Source of the DNA: Squalus acanthias
Lineage: Eukaryota
DNA length: 64,000 bases
Assembly (NCBI GenBank): GCA_030390025.1
Contig: CM059438.1
Location: 47,864,001-47,928,000 of the forward strand
Direction: 5' to 3'
Shown: piece by piece, positions 24,561 through 36,122 of the stretch
Layout: the number at the start of each line of letters is the position of its first letter
Position numbering within the stretch: the stretch's first letter is position 1
Notes under the pieces: generated by a model
What the model was told of the DNA's origin: nothing
Databases searched by the model: none
What the model saw: only the letters and a program-made list of their open reading frames with translations
Made by a program: the position numbers and the translations under genes

Positions 24561-25510
24561 AAGTCTTTGCCGTTCTCCACCTGGAGCATTCGAGCTTCAG
24601 CCAAGCTTGCCTTGGGCAGACAGCGAGAAGAGGTAACTGGGAAAGTGCTGCCTTCTCGAGCTCGCAACACTTGGGCGCTGAATGATAATCTGGCCCAAGG
24701 GAGGTTAAAAAATGAGCAGGAAAACAGAACACAAATTAGACTTTAAAAAAAATATAGTTATACAGGTAAAACAGAGTTCAAATACATGTCAGTGGAAACT
24801 ATTAAGTGCATTTCTGGCTTACAGGTTTGTAGCTAAAAGGGCCGTCTTAACATGCCGCTTATCTTGACAGTTTACTCAGCAGAAAATGAAACCCTTAGAC
24901 AACGCTGCCATTTAGAGTGCACAAAGGCGCATTGCAACAGAGTGACAACAAGCTCAAAAAGGTCTGTCAGTCAGCACTGGTACAGGTAGCGCGTTGGACT
25001 GGCCCTGGGTGTCAGAGTTCATTATCCTACATAATGCTATAAATAGGGGAAATTATGCTCACAAGTCACATTGCAGGAAATTTGAATCACAATCTCCACA
25101 GTGGCAGCGCCGTGTGAAATGCTATATACATCTGCAGTGACACAACTTTAATTGCAAGTCCATGGATCAGCACCATCTGATGTTAAACCATTCACAATAT
25201 TTTTAATTTTGAGGCTATTGTGTAATAAAACAGCCCCTCCCCCCCTCAAGTTCTGCTAGTTTTGAGTGTATATATTTTTTAATAGCTAAAAGTCACGTTC
25301 AGGCTCATGACACAGTGAGTAAGAATGGTCGGTTTGCTTTTCGTATATGCCCTTGGAGAACAGTGTGAAATAGTGGGAGGATGTACAGGCTGATAATAAA
25401 TGGTTTGACAGGCCGCGACATGAACGCTCCATCCATGGCCATAATCATCTTTATACCAGTCAATAGGATGGTTAGTCCTATACGGTGAGAGAGTTTAATG
25501 GGGTCACAAC

Positions 25511-27107
25511 TCATAGAATCAAAGAATGGTTACAGCACAGAAGGAGGCCATTCAGCCCGTCGAGCCCGTGCCAACTCTCAGCTTAGTCCCACTCCCCTGC
25601 CCTTTCCCTGTAGCCCTGCAAATTTTTTTCCTTCAGATACTTATCCAACTCCCTTTTGAAAGATAAGATTGAGTCTGCCTCCACCACCCTTTCAGGCAGT
25701 GCATTCCAGATCCTAACCACTCGCTGCGTAAAAAAGTTTTTTCTTTCGTCGCCTTTGGTTCTTTTGCCAATCACCTTAAATCTGTGTCCTCTGGGTCTCA
25801 ACCCTTCCGCCAATGGGAATAGTTTCTCTCTATCTACTCTGTCCAGACCCCTCATGATTTTGAACACCTCTATCAAATCTCCTCTCAATCTTCTCTGCTC
25901 CAAGGAGAACAACCCCAGCTTCTCCAATCTATCAACGTAACTGAAGTCCCTCATCCCTGGAATCATTCTCGTAAATCTTTTCTGCACCTTCTCTAAGGCC
26001 GTCACATCCTTCCTAAAGTGTGGTGCCCAGAATTGGACACAGTACTCCAGTTGGGGCCGAACCAGTGTTTTATAAAGGTTCATCATAATTCCCACACTTT
26101 TGTACTCAATGCCTCTATTTATGAAGCTCAGGATCCCATAAGCCTTTTTAACTGCTTTCTCAACCTGCCCTGCCACCTTCAACGATTTGCGCACATATAC
26201 CCCTAGGTCTCTCTGTTCATGCACCCCCTTTAGGATTGTACCATTTAGTTAATATGTCCACTCCTCATTCTTTGTACCAAAATGTATCACTTCACACTTT
26301 TCTGCGTTAAATTTCATCTGCCACATGTCCGCCCATTTCACCAGCCTGTCTGTCTTCCTGAAGTCTTTCACTCTCCTCCTCACTGTTCACTATACTTCCA
26401 AGTTTTGTGTCATCTGCAAGTTTTGAAATTGTGCCTTGTACACCCACGTCCAAGTCATTAATATATATCAAGAAAAACAGTGGTCCTAGAACCGACCCCT
26501 GGGGAACACCACTGTATACCTTCCTCCAGTCCGAAAAACAACCGTTCACCACTACTCTCTGTTTCCTGTCACTTAGCCAATTTCGTATCCATGCTGCCAC
26601 TGTCCCTTTTATTCCATGGGCTTCAACTTTGCTGGCAAGCCTATTATGTGGCACTTTGTCGAACGCCTTTTGGAAGTCCATGTACACCACATCAACCGCA
26701 TTGCCCTCATCAACCCTCTCTGTTACCTCATCAAAAAACTCGATCAAGTTGGTTAAACATGACTTGCCTTTATCAAATTCATGCTGGCTTTCCTTAATTA
26801 ATCCACACCTATCCAAGTGATTGTTAATTTTGTCCCTGATTACTGTTTCTAAAAGCTTCCCCACTACCGAGGTTAAACTGACGGCCCTGTAGTTGCTGGG
26901 TTTATCCTTACACCCTTTTTTGAACAATGGTGTAGCATTTGCAATTCTCCAGTCCTCTGGCACCACCCCCATGTGTATGGAGGATTGGAATATTATGGCC
27001 AGTACCTCCGCGATTTCCGCCCTCAATTCCCTCAGCATCCTAGGATGCATCCTATCCGCTCCTGGTGATTTATCTACTTTAAGTACAGCCAGCCTTTCTA
27101 ATACCTC
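25511..27107 (-). mobile_element. 5'-truncated CR1 LINE (~1.6 kb), RT domain with frameshift
   Basis: ORFs 26307-27275 (KSPGAD, NYRAVSLTSV, DFQKAFDKVPH, SGVPQGSVLGP, YINDL, LADDTK) and 25583-26224 (LYKTLVRPQLEYC, RLRGDLIEVFK, WNALP); short tandem-repeat tail. Confidence 0.96.
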
Positions 27108-27213
27108 ATACGATGGAGTGGGGGGGGGGCGGGGGAGGAGGCACTCCCACCCACTGGACGCGGGCACCCTGCTGGATGTTAACCCAGAATTCAGAGCTGA
27201 GCTCCACTCACCG

Positions 27214-27275
27214 GGAGTGTCTGGAGTGGGATTCGAACCCTGCACCTTCTGACTCAGTGGTGGGAATGCTGCCAT
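27214..27275 (-). mobile_element. Isolated SINE tRNA-like head
   Basis: Minus strand CTGAGTCAGAAGGTGCAGGGTTCGAATCCCACTCCAGACAC matches the Deu-SINE head with B box. Confidence 0.6.
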
Positions 27276-28102
27276 TATGCCAAAGGCTTGCTCGGTAAGG
27301 TTGGCAGGAAGGCAGTAACAGAGGGAGAGGGGTTTTAATCATGCACAAAATCACGAGGGCGGAGTTGAAGCAGAACCTGGAGGTAGTGTTGCAGTCGGGC
27401 AGCTCACTCCCAGGGCATTATCTTAAACACAAAGTATGTCTGCCCTCGTTATTTTTCCCCCATTGCCGAGTTTTCCTCCTCTAAATGTGTATCTGCTGTT
27501 ACGACCACCAACTGCCGTTGTGGTTTTTGTGTCATGTGATGGAGGAGAAAAAGGATTTTACAGGAAAGGAAAATGTGTGGTTTTGTTACGTGACCGAAAG
27601 AAACAGCTTTACTAACACAAAAAACAGTGCCATTTATTGGGATCTTCACTGCCATGAATGAGATACAGTAACAGGACATTTGGTTTGTTATATCAGAATG
27701 GTAGAGGAGTTTTCAAGTATAGTTTTATGAATATGTTAATTTAAGTGCACAAGTGAATCCAGCTTTGTTATATAACACCAACTTTGAATTTCATTTGCAT
27801 CACAGTGGTAACCTCCTAACTTTGCTCTAACAGCCAGTGCTGTTCCTTTCCTGTTTAAAACACAGCCTGAATCATATCCTTTCTGTTTTCGATAACCATA
27901 CTTCAAGCAATTAGGCATTGGTAGTTTTTTTTAAAGTATATATTGCAACACTTTCCTGTGGTGAAGATTTCAGTAAGTTTGAATAGATCAAAAACATTGT
28001 TATTGAAGAGCTGGGAAATGGGCCAGGATTCCTAACGTCTTTGTGTGGTTTTAGTCCTTGAATCATCTACCATTCTATTGCTGTATCTCTGACATGCTAT
28101 CA

Positions 28103-28535
28103 GAACTGAGAGCTTATAACTATCAGGAAAGACTGAACAGGCAGGGGCTCTTTCTCTGCAAGAGAGAAGGCTGAGAGGTGACTTGATAGAAGTCTTTTTA
28201 AGATTATGAAAGGATTCGATAGGGTAGACGTAGAGAAGATGTTTCCACTTGTGGGGAGTCTAAAACTAGGGGCCATAAATATAAGATGGTCACTAATAAA
28301 TCCAATACCCAGAGAGTGGTTAGAATGTGGAACTTGCTACCAGAAGGACTAGTTAAGGTGAATAGTATTGATGCATTTAAGGAGAAGCTAGATAAACACA
28401 TGAGGGAGAAAAGAATAGAAGGATATGTTGATGGGGTTAGATGAAGAAGGGTGGGAGGAGGCTCGTGTGGAGCATAGACCAGTTGGGCCGAGTGGCCTGT
28501 TTCTGTGCTGTACATTCTATGTCATTCAATGTAAT
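28103..28535 (+). mobile_element. CR1 LINE 3' fragment (same subfamily as 15761-16200)
   Basis: Shares long blocks such as TTCGATAGGGTAGACGTAGAGAAGATGTTTCCACTTGTGGGG and AAGCTAGATAAACACATGAGGGAGAAAAGAATAGAAGGATATG. Confidence 0.9.
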
Positions 28536-28865
28536 GTTACAGTGGAGAGCGAAATCAGGAACACTTTAATACTTGTGTTAATTTGGATATCTTCTGGTTA
28601 AAGAGATTTTAGCCTCAGTAAGACAAGCCCATGTGTTCAGCCATCCATTACAATGGACATTGGGCGTCGCGATTTCCCCACATCCTCAGCCAGCGGGTAT
28701 GGCTTGTTACCGGTAGCATGTTTTTGGAAAATTGTCCCATATTAGTTGTACATACACATATTGAGGACAGTGGATGCCTGGAAGTGATCAGGTAAGGTAG
28801 CAGCCTAACCGAGTGGATCGGAAGATGTCATAAACCATGGAAACACAGTTCAGGTGGCTTCAAAC

Positions 28866-29345
28866 TGTCTTTCGGATGAGACATTAAACTGAGGCCCTGT
28901 TTTTCGTGCATGGTCCCTTTAAATTTGCTGCACGGCCACTATCGCATGGCGGTATCCCTTCCACCTGCAACAGCTTGTGAGCGACCTGCACGGGACCCTC
29001 GGATTGATGCGCGGCACCTTAGGGGGAGCGTTGCCTGTCTGCACTCTCAGTGGACGTGAAAGACCCCTCGGCACTATTCGAAGAAGAGCAGGGGAGTTCT
29101 ACCCAGTGTCCTGGCCAACATTTATCCCTCAACCAACATTAGTGAAAACAGATTATCCGGTCATTATCTCACTGCGTACAGCAAGATCCCACAAACAGCA
29201 CATTGCTGCCGCATTTCCTACATTGCAGCATTGACTACACTTCAAAAGTATTTAATTGAGTGTAAAGCACTTTGCGACGTCCTGAGGTCATGAAAGGCGC
29301 TTTGAGGTCATGAAAGGCGCTATATAAATGCAAGTCCTTTCTTTT
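28866..29345 (+). mobile_element. Deu-domain SINE interrupted by a 133-bp insert (28901-29033)
   Basis: Core TCGGATGAGACATTAAACTGAGGCCCTGT resumes at 29034; tail has a 20-bp tandem duplication of TGAGGTCATGAAAGGCGCT. Confidence 0.8.
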
Positions 29346-29571
29346 ATTTATCTAACCCTTGTGATCGGTGAGGGGGCTTTATGATCATTCCCGGTTATTT
29401 TTCTTGCTGCGGTTAAAAATAAACCTCAAGATTTGACTGCTATGTTTGGGTGGGGGGGGGGGTGGTGTTGCAGGGGAGCTGGTTATTCAGCTGCGAGTCT
29501 GTCTTTTGAGCTGGCAGTGGCTGTCGGTACCAGCACCTCGGGGGGTAAATTCCTCGGGGTGGTGGATGTTA

Positions 29572-29751
29572 GGGGGTTCTCCTGATCGGCCGCTGTAACT
29601 TTGGTGAAAACTTCGAGGTACAGATGAGCCATGATCTAATTGAATGGCGGAATGGGCTCGAGGGGCTGAATGGCCTACTCCTGTTCCTCTGGAAACCCAG
29701 CATCCTCCGATCTTGCGCCGAAGTTACGCTGGCCGACCAGGAGAAACCCCC
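29572..29751. mobile_element. Fold-back element with a CR1 tail inserted in its loop
   Basis: GGGGGTTCTCCTGATCGGCCGCTGTAACTTTGGTG pairs with CGCCGAAGTTACGCTGGCCGACCAGGAGAAACCCCC; CR1 tail at ~29616-29688. Confidence 0.65.
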
Positions 29752-30205
29752 TCTTGTGGAAACTCTCGGCAATGACGTGACAATGGTGTTCACACTGAGG
29801 GCTACGGAATCATTGACTGAAAATTTTAGCAAGAAAAGAGTTTACAATTGTTTACCAGGAAATGATATAGCCAGTGCATATCATGTTCTATCAGCTGCTT
29901 TGTTATAAAATAATCACACAAAATGCCAAAGAAAGTAGGTTATTGTTGTCATGGTAACCTTTTATATTATAAATTCAACAATTATTTACAGCGCTGTGTT
30001 CCATTTTGTTGAAAATACAATTAGAGCTGATGGATTATGAAGAAAATAAAACAGTTTAGTAATGTCTAAACATTAAAAGTTTTGAGTTTTTCTTGAATGT
30101 GATCCAATGTTATTGTACAGAAATATCAGTGCATTTTATTTTAGTTGCTGCGGTTTTTGTTCCCCGGTTTCTCCAGACCACACACAACACATTGGCCTGT
30201 GCCAG

Positions 30206-30523
30206 TACCATTCTGAACTGGCTGTTAGGAAGTATGCCAGCAACCAGGGCACAGGTCTTTCCTCTCTCTCTTTCTCTCTCTCTCTTTCCGCCCCCCCCCC
30301 CACCCATTTGAAGCCCCTGGCCTCTGCTCGCTGCATCCCCACAGCAGCACGACCGAGATAGGGAACTCATCAAAATGAGTCTGATCTCTCACCATCTGTT
30401 CTCCAACCAGTCACTTTGGCCTGGAACCCGGATTTTTCGAACATTGGAATTTTTAATGGCGTTCTTTTAAAAATGGCAGTGATAAATTAACTTGGTGATT
30501 TTATGTTAAAATTTGTTTCCACT
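30206..30523. repeat. Unclassified ~300-bp direct repeat, copy 1
   Basis: Aligns by eye to 35824-36122; core 30301-30371 differs from 35900-35970 at one base. Confidence 0.9.
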
Positions 30524-30800
30524 TTAAACGACCACAGTTAAGCAGCGCTAGTAAAGACAAAAGAGGCAGCTTCTATCAGGCACACAGAACAGATGCAGTC
30601 ATTACCAAAATGTAAACACGCAGTTCGAAGTTTAGCAATTAAACTAGAGATTCCAAAGTGGAAGTTTCCATTATTTCGCAGAGTTTTTTCCCCCCTAATT
30701 TAGCCTAAGATTTTTTTTCCCTCTCCCAGGAGATTGCGTGACTGTGAGGGGTGAGGGGTGAGGGGTGGGGGTGAGGGATGAGATGGAGGTGATAATGTGA

Positions 30801-31095
30801 GCCCTACAACCCTCTGGGAACTCTGCGTTCCTCCGACTCTGGCCTCTTGTCCACCCCCACCATTGGTGACCGTGCCTTCAGCTGCCTCGGCCCTAAGCTC
30901 TGGAATTCCCACTCTACCCCTCTTTCTCCTTCTAAGATGCTCTTTATAACCTACCTCTTTGACCAAGCTTTTGCTCACGTGTCCTAATATCTCCTTATGT
31001 GGCTCGGTGTCAATTTTTGTTTGATAACGCTCCTGTGAAGCGCCTTGGGATGTTTTACTACGTTAAAGGCACTATATAAATGCAAGTTGCTGTTG
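30801..31095 (+). mobile_element. L2-clade LINE 3' fragment
   Basis: GTGCCTTCAGCTGCCTCGGCCCTAAGCTCTGGAATTCCC...AAAGGCACTATATAAATGCAAGTTGCTGTTG. Confidence 0.85.
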
Positions 31096-31205
31096 TAAGC
31101 TCCACCATGCTGGGACAGCACTGTCTCACTGGGCCCACCGTCTATACCTGTGCTCCTTTTACGTAAGTTTCGTATTAATAATTGTTTTTTTTTAAAATTA
31201 ATTAG

Positions 31206-33386
31206 GCAATTGCAGCCACAGAGGGCAGCCGAGAGACTGACGAATCGAGGGGAGTCTTGGCCTCGTCACAGGAAGCGGCGGTGACGCAGTATGAGAACGG
31301 AGCGGAGGAACAGCACTGCTGTGACTTCACCGAGGGCTCAGACGGCAAAGGCGGCCGTCCCAAGGACAAAGTCAGCAAAGCCAACGGCGAGCAATCGAAG
31401 GGAAAGGAAGCCGAACCGCTGTATTTGCACCAGGGCCTCACGGCCCATTCGGGAGATGCGACGGCACAAAGCCCGGTGGATGGACAGCCTCAGGAAGAAA
31501 GCAAGGCCGCCCCCACCGCCCCCCAGGATCTCGAGTCGCCACAACGCCCGCTGGACGCGCTGGCCAACGATCTCCAGGAGAAAGCTGTCGGCGAAGTAAC
31601 CGCAGCCGAGAAGTGCGCAGAGAGAGACTCCCCCGAGCGGGGACCGAGCGCGGCGTCGCAAGACGCGGCAAACGGTTCCGTTCAGGTCGATCAGTCGCCG
31701 AAGGAGGAGGTTGAGAATCGGCTGGGGAGCAACCGGCCACACAGCACAGCACAGAGGCGGCCGCTGGGGCAGGCAGCGAGGGTTAAACCGAACCCCTCGC
31801 CCAGCCCCCACAAAGAGAAAGAGGAGCTGCTTGTTACGACAAAAAGTGAAGCTTGCCCCAGCTACATGCCTTTGGTGTACACCAGAGGACATCCTGGTAT
31901 CATGTCGCCACTCGCCAAGAAGAAGTTCTTATCACAGGTCAGTGGCACTTTGCCCAACAACTATCCAATCGGAGCCCCACCCCCGTTAATTAGCAGTAAA
32001 AAACCTGGTGACATTGGAGAGGACATGGTTACGACTGAGAGTAATTTTTTACAAGGTTCCACGTCAGACCAGTTGGCCATTAATAGACCCTCTGTGATTC
32101 AACATGCGCATAGTTTTCAGAAGAGAAACGCTGATGAGCGAGGGGAAGCATTTAAGCACGATGGTTTGAATAAATTATCAGATTCTGAGGCTGCTTATCT
32201 TTCCAAGCATCACCTCAATTGCTCAGACTCATTCAAAAGCGGTGCTCCTTACCCTTTCACCTCTGACCTTCTAGACAATGAAAATAAATGTTCTGAGAAG
32301 AAAGGTTGCCAACCATCACAAGTGTCGAGTTTTCTAGCAGACTTCTACTCCTCCCCCCACCTGCACAATCTTTACAGACATACAGAGCATCACCTTAATA
32401 ATGACCAAACGTCAAAGTACCTGAGCAGTATCACAAAGGATAAAAGTTCTTTATATGCGCACCATAAAAACCAGGATACGGTCTATTTAAATTATCTTTC
32501 AACACTGCACCAGCCGGAAAAGAAATGTGCAGTGAAACCTCCCACAGAGGAGCAGCCCACTGACTTGAGTCTTCCAAAGTTGAAGAAAACATTACCCAGG
32601 AACTTGGCAAACAGTGCCCTTCACTTATCATCGCATCTAGACATCAAGAGCACGACAGCAAGTACGCAGTCGGCCCATAGCGACTGCAACCCCAAATCTT
32701 GCCGTGTCCCTCCAATGCCAATCTCGACCAATACCAAGAGCGGTGAAGCCGTTCTGCCACCGTCGGCAAAGCTGGAGGAAGTGGTCAGACCCACAATGAG
32801 TTCCAAAGGCAGTGCGCAGGTCATCGGGACCACCAAGCCCGTCAAGAGGAACCGCGAGGGCGCAGACATTGGTAGCAGCGAGAGCCCAGAGAAGAAACTA
32901 CGGGCCGTGTCTCCCATGGCGATGAAAGAAAAGCCGTCTGACTTGGAAGGTGAAAGCAGCAAAACTCTGCCCCCCGGGATCTTCTTGGAGGGCCACAAGT
33001 TCCCGCTGCCGACTCCGATTTTCCCGGGTGTGTATCCTGGAGCCTTTGTATCTCAGGTTCAAGATATGTGCGACGGCCTGGGATCGCGGTTTCCAGTTGA
33101 CTACGCCCATCCCTTACAATACTTGAAGAACCAGGCTGTGCTGTCTCCGCTCATGCAACCACTAGCGATCCATTCCTTCATGATCCCGGCGATGCAGAGA
33201 CAGATCCTTGCTTCGACCGGCACCTCCCCACAACTGTATAGACATCTGTCCGCGGCTGCTACCCCAGTCGCGGCTTCTTACGGGGACATTTTGCACCATA
33301 GCCTTTATCCTCTAGCTGCTCTGAACCCACAGGTTGCCTATTCCACCTCGCCGATCTCTTCTCTACACCCCAGCACAAAACTATAA
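31206..33386 (+). CDS. ARID5B: ARID5B terminal coding exon (726 codons + TAA)
   Basis: TAG acceptor 31203-31205 in phase with ORF 31257-33386; ARID5B-type blocks GIMSPLAKKKFLSQVSG, RPSVIQH, FLADFYSSPHLHNLYRHTEHHL, QPTDLSLPK and C-terminus HPSTKL*. Confidence 0.93.
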   Translation, partial: AIAATEGSRETDESRGVLASSQEAAVTQYENGAEEQHCCDFTEGSDGKGGRPKDKVSKANGEQSKGKEAEPLYLHQGLTAHSGDATAQSPVDGQPQEESKAAPTAPQDLESPQRPLDALANDLQEKAVGEVTAAEKCAERDSPERGPSAASQDAANGSVQVDQSPKEEVENRLGSNRPHSTAQRRPLGQAARVKPNPSPSPHKEKEELLVTTKSEACPSYMPLVYTRGHPGIMSPLAKKKFLSQVSGTLPNNYPIGAPPPLISSKKPGDIGEDMVTTESNFLQGSTSDQLAINRPSVIQHAHSFQKRNADERGEAFKHDGLNKLSDSEAAYLSKHHLNCSDSFKSGAPYPFTSDLLDNENKCSEKKGCQPSQVSSFLADFYSSPHLHNLYRHTEHHLNNDQTSKYLSSITKDKSSLYAHHKNQDTVYLNYLSTLHQPEKKCAVKPPTEEQPTDLSLPKLKKTLPRNLANSALHLSSHLDIKSTTASTQSAHSDCNPKSCRVPPMPISTNTKSGEAVLPPSAKLEEVVRPTMSSKGSAQVIGTTKPVKRNREGADIGSSESPEKKLRAVSPMAMKEKPSDLEGESSKTLPPGIFLEGHKFPLPTPIFPGVYPGAFVSQVQDMCDGLGSRFPVDYAHPLQYLKNQAVLSPLMQPLAIHSFMIPAMQRQILASTGTSPQLYRHLSAAATPVAASYGDILHHSLYPLAALNPQVAYSTSPISSLHPSTKL

Positions 33387-35530
33387 ACATTTCATTTTGT
33401 GAAAATGGTCGAGAGATGTAACGTAACAGCCTGACATTCCACGTTACATCGTAAGACTTCAAGTGATTGCAAGCTACCAGCAACTGGTTTATGTACCTCT
33501 TGCATTCACTTTAGGTGTTCTTATCATCTACAGATCGTAAGATTTGTGTATTTTTTTTAGTACATTGAATGCGTAGTAATATTTTTTTGTACATAGAAAT
33601 GTTTTTTGTCCGCAACCTAACACTATCATGCTTGCAATATCAACACATTAAATGGCTGTAAATATTCACTACAAACATTTACATCTTAATTAATTTATGC
33701 AACTGTAGTCACGTTTTTACTTCCCGCTTAAGTTGTTTTGTTGTGCGTTTCTCGCAGTGTCAGATGATGGATGTGTTGAGTATTGTGTTCTTGTTCCAGA
33801 ACAGGATAGACATAATAACTACAGGAAGTTCTCTGCAGCTGTAAATGTCTGTTTGGATTCTTTTGAATCCTTTCTGTAGAACCCATATGTGGTGTTTAAT
33901 TTCTGCACTATGTAATAGTGCACCACTGTTTTTTTTTCCACTTTTTTTTTGGATATAATTGCCATTCTTGCAGTTGTTAGGAGCTTGACTTTCACCTCGA
34001 TAAAAGCCGAACCGTTTACAAAGAATAAAGTAACTGTAACTCGGGAAACACTTTGCCTCAGCTTTAATATTGTTCCAAAATAAATGTAAATATTCAAATT
34101 CCATTTTCATACTTTCAATGCCATCCCTGGCACGGTTCCAAACCCACTGCTGTTAAACGGCTACAAATCCCGAGATAAAGATTTGTATATAAGATATGCT
34201 AGCTGTAGTTTGCAATTGCTACATTGCAGGAAAAAAAAACCCGATAATTTTATATTTCGATCCTGCCTGCCTTGCATTTAAGGTCACAAAAGTATAGCTG
34301 CAAGGGTTCTTTCTGTGGTTCCGCATAATGTTTTGTCAATCAAGTATTTGAACCGTAAATCTCTCTAATGTAAACAAGGCGGATTTTGAAAAGAAGCAAA
34401 AGTGAAGCTGAATAATAAAATGGAAAAAACAAGATTCCACTTTGGCATCCGCTCGCATTCTGCTGGTTTTATAATAAAGCCCCTTCAGTCTATTCCCGTT
34501 GTCTCTGCAGCTGTTGGTGAAGCTTTAATAAGATTTGTGTTGAAATGCAATTCTGGCTCTTTGTTCAACTCCTGGACTTGGCTCTCAATCTGTGGCAGCC
34601 TTTTGTTTCTCATTTAGAGCTTGGAAAATTTCACTTTACGTTTAAAAGTGCCCTCATGCTAAGCAAATTAAACATAGGCAAATACTTTCAAAGAAAGTCT
34701 TTCTTAAACTTATTAGAACATTTGCTTCTAGAGAACTTGACATTTGGTTACAATAATTTCCTTTCAGTTCCACACTAAACATGTTTAACTGATGCCTCAG
34801 TATTGCATGTGGCTTTCTGGCAACTCCACTGCTACATCAAGAACTAGCTGTGCCTTTTCATTTCAACAACACATTAAAACTTCAGTACTTAACCGCACAT
34901 GTTTGTCAATGGTATACCGTGGTCACATCTGGTCTAGCTTTGCAAAGAGCATTATGATAAGTATTGTGAAATCAGGATATATTATTTTTGCTGGTTTCCA
35001 TGCTCGTAATGATCATAATGGGCACTTAAGAGATTGTTTGTTTGATTGTGGCTATATTAGTTACAGAGAATGTTGTTCTCAAATGGTTGTTTTATTCACC
35101 AAGACACATTGCTTAAATATTTTCAGTCTGTATCTTATCAGCAAGATGTTTATACTGACATGTTCTTGTTATAAAACTTGTATTTTGTAAATAACGAACA
35201 CATTTCTTTTTGCATTTTTGTTTTGGTTCTATAGCACATTTTCATGTATGGTGATTTGTACATAGTTAACAGTGAAGACTAGTAACATTAAGATGAGTCC
35301 TGATAGTTTAAGGTTATTGAGTAACCTTGCATTAGGTTCAAACTTTAAATCTAATGTTGCTGAGCCAAATGTAAACACTAACGTTTTGTTTTTGTATGTT
35401 CTCAAAGTGTACTTCTTGGCAAATGCTTTTGATACTTTGTGCCAATAGTTTATCAATCACATAGCTGGCAAAATATTTTGTACTTTCTGATCCACTGTTA
35501 TATTTAATAAAAGTTTTACTACTTAACAGA
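33387..35530 (+). other. ARID5B: ARID5B 3'UTR (inferred)
   Basis: AT-rich stretch with no recognisable interspersed repeat, from the stop codon to an AATAAA at 35506-35511 followed by a GT/T-rich element. Confidence 0.6.
35506..35511 (+). terminator. Candidate polyadenylation signal of ARID5B
   Basis: AATAAA followed ~20 nt later by TGTGTGATTTTCTTT; other AATAAA hexamers occur earlier in the UTR, so usage is not proven. Confidence 0.55.
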
Positions 35531-35823
35531 TGTGTGATTTTCTTTAGTTTATATTACTCATTTTATTTTAAAGGTTAGAAGGTTTCTCAAAGTTTCATCA
35601 TGAAATGAGCTCACTGTTTTAAATAACAGCTCAGCCACCTACTCCCAATAGTGGAATTACCGTTATGCAAATGATGTACAGGTGGGATATGAAGAGGTAC
35701 AAGCTGAAGTGATATCTTAAAATGAATGTCTGAAGGCAATTAAAGTTCAGACATGTTACCTTAACTTACAAAATGTGACATTTTGTTGCAGACCTTTTGA
35801 ACACCCACCTAATCTTGTGACAA

Positions 35824-36122
35824 TACCATTCTGAACCATATTAGGAAGTATGCCAGCAGCCTGGGCGCATAAATCCTTCCTTTTTTCATCTCTCTCTTCC
35901 ACCCATTTGAAGCCCCTGGCCTCTGCTCGCCGCATCCCCACAGCAGCACGACCGAGATAGGGAACTCATCGAAACGTGTCTGACCTTGCACCATCCGTTC
36001 TCAAACAAATCACTTTGACTGCAGCCCAAGACTTTTCGAACATTGGACTTTTTAATGAGGTTATTTAAAAAAATAGCAGTGGTAAATAACTTGGCGATTT
36101 AATGTTAAAATCTGCTTCCACT
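35824..36122. repeat. Unclassified ~300-bp direct repeat, copy 2
   Basis: Same orientation as 30206-30523; lies ~300 bp past the ARID5B AATAAA. Confidence 0.9.

Noticed and set aside
15761-27107. Inverted CR1 pair flanking the 199-nt ARID5B exon as a circRNA driver
   Set aside because: The copies belong to visibly different CR1 subfamilies and lie kilobases from the exon; the pairing evidence is too weak.
26307-27275. Intact 322-aa reverse transcriptase gene or SINE-LINE fusion protein
   Set aside because: The N-terminus is chance read-through from a SINE head and flank; the CR1 is 5'-truncated, lacks the endonuclease and is frameshifted after the RT core.
31213-31215. Alternative CAG acceptor for the ARID5B terminal exon
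   Set aside because: It would be out of frame with the phase-0 upstream exon; the TAG at 31203-31205 keeps the frame.
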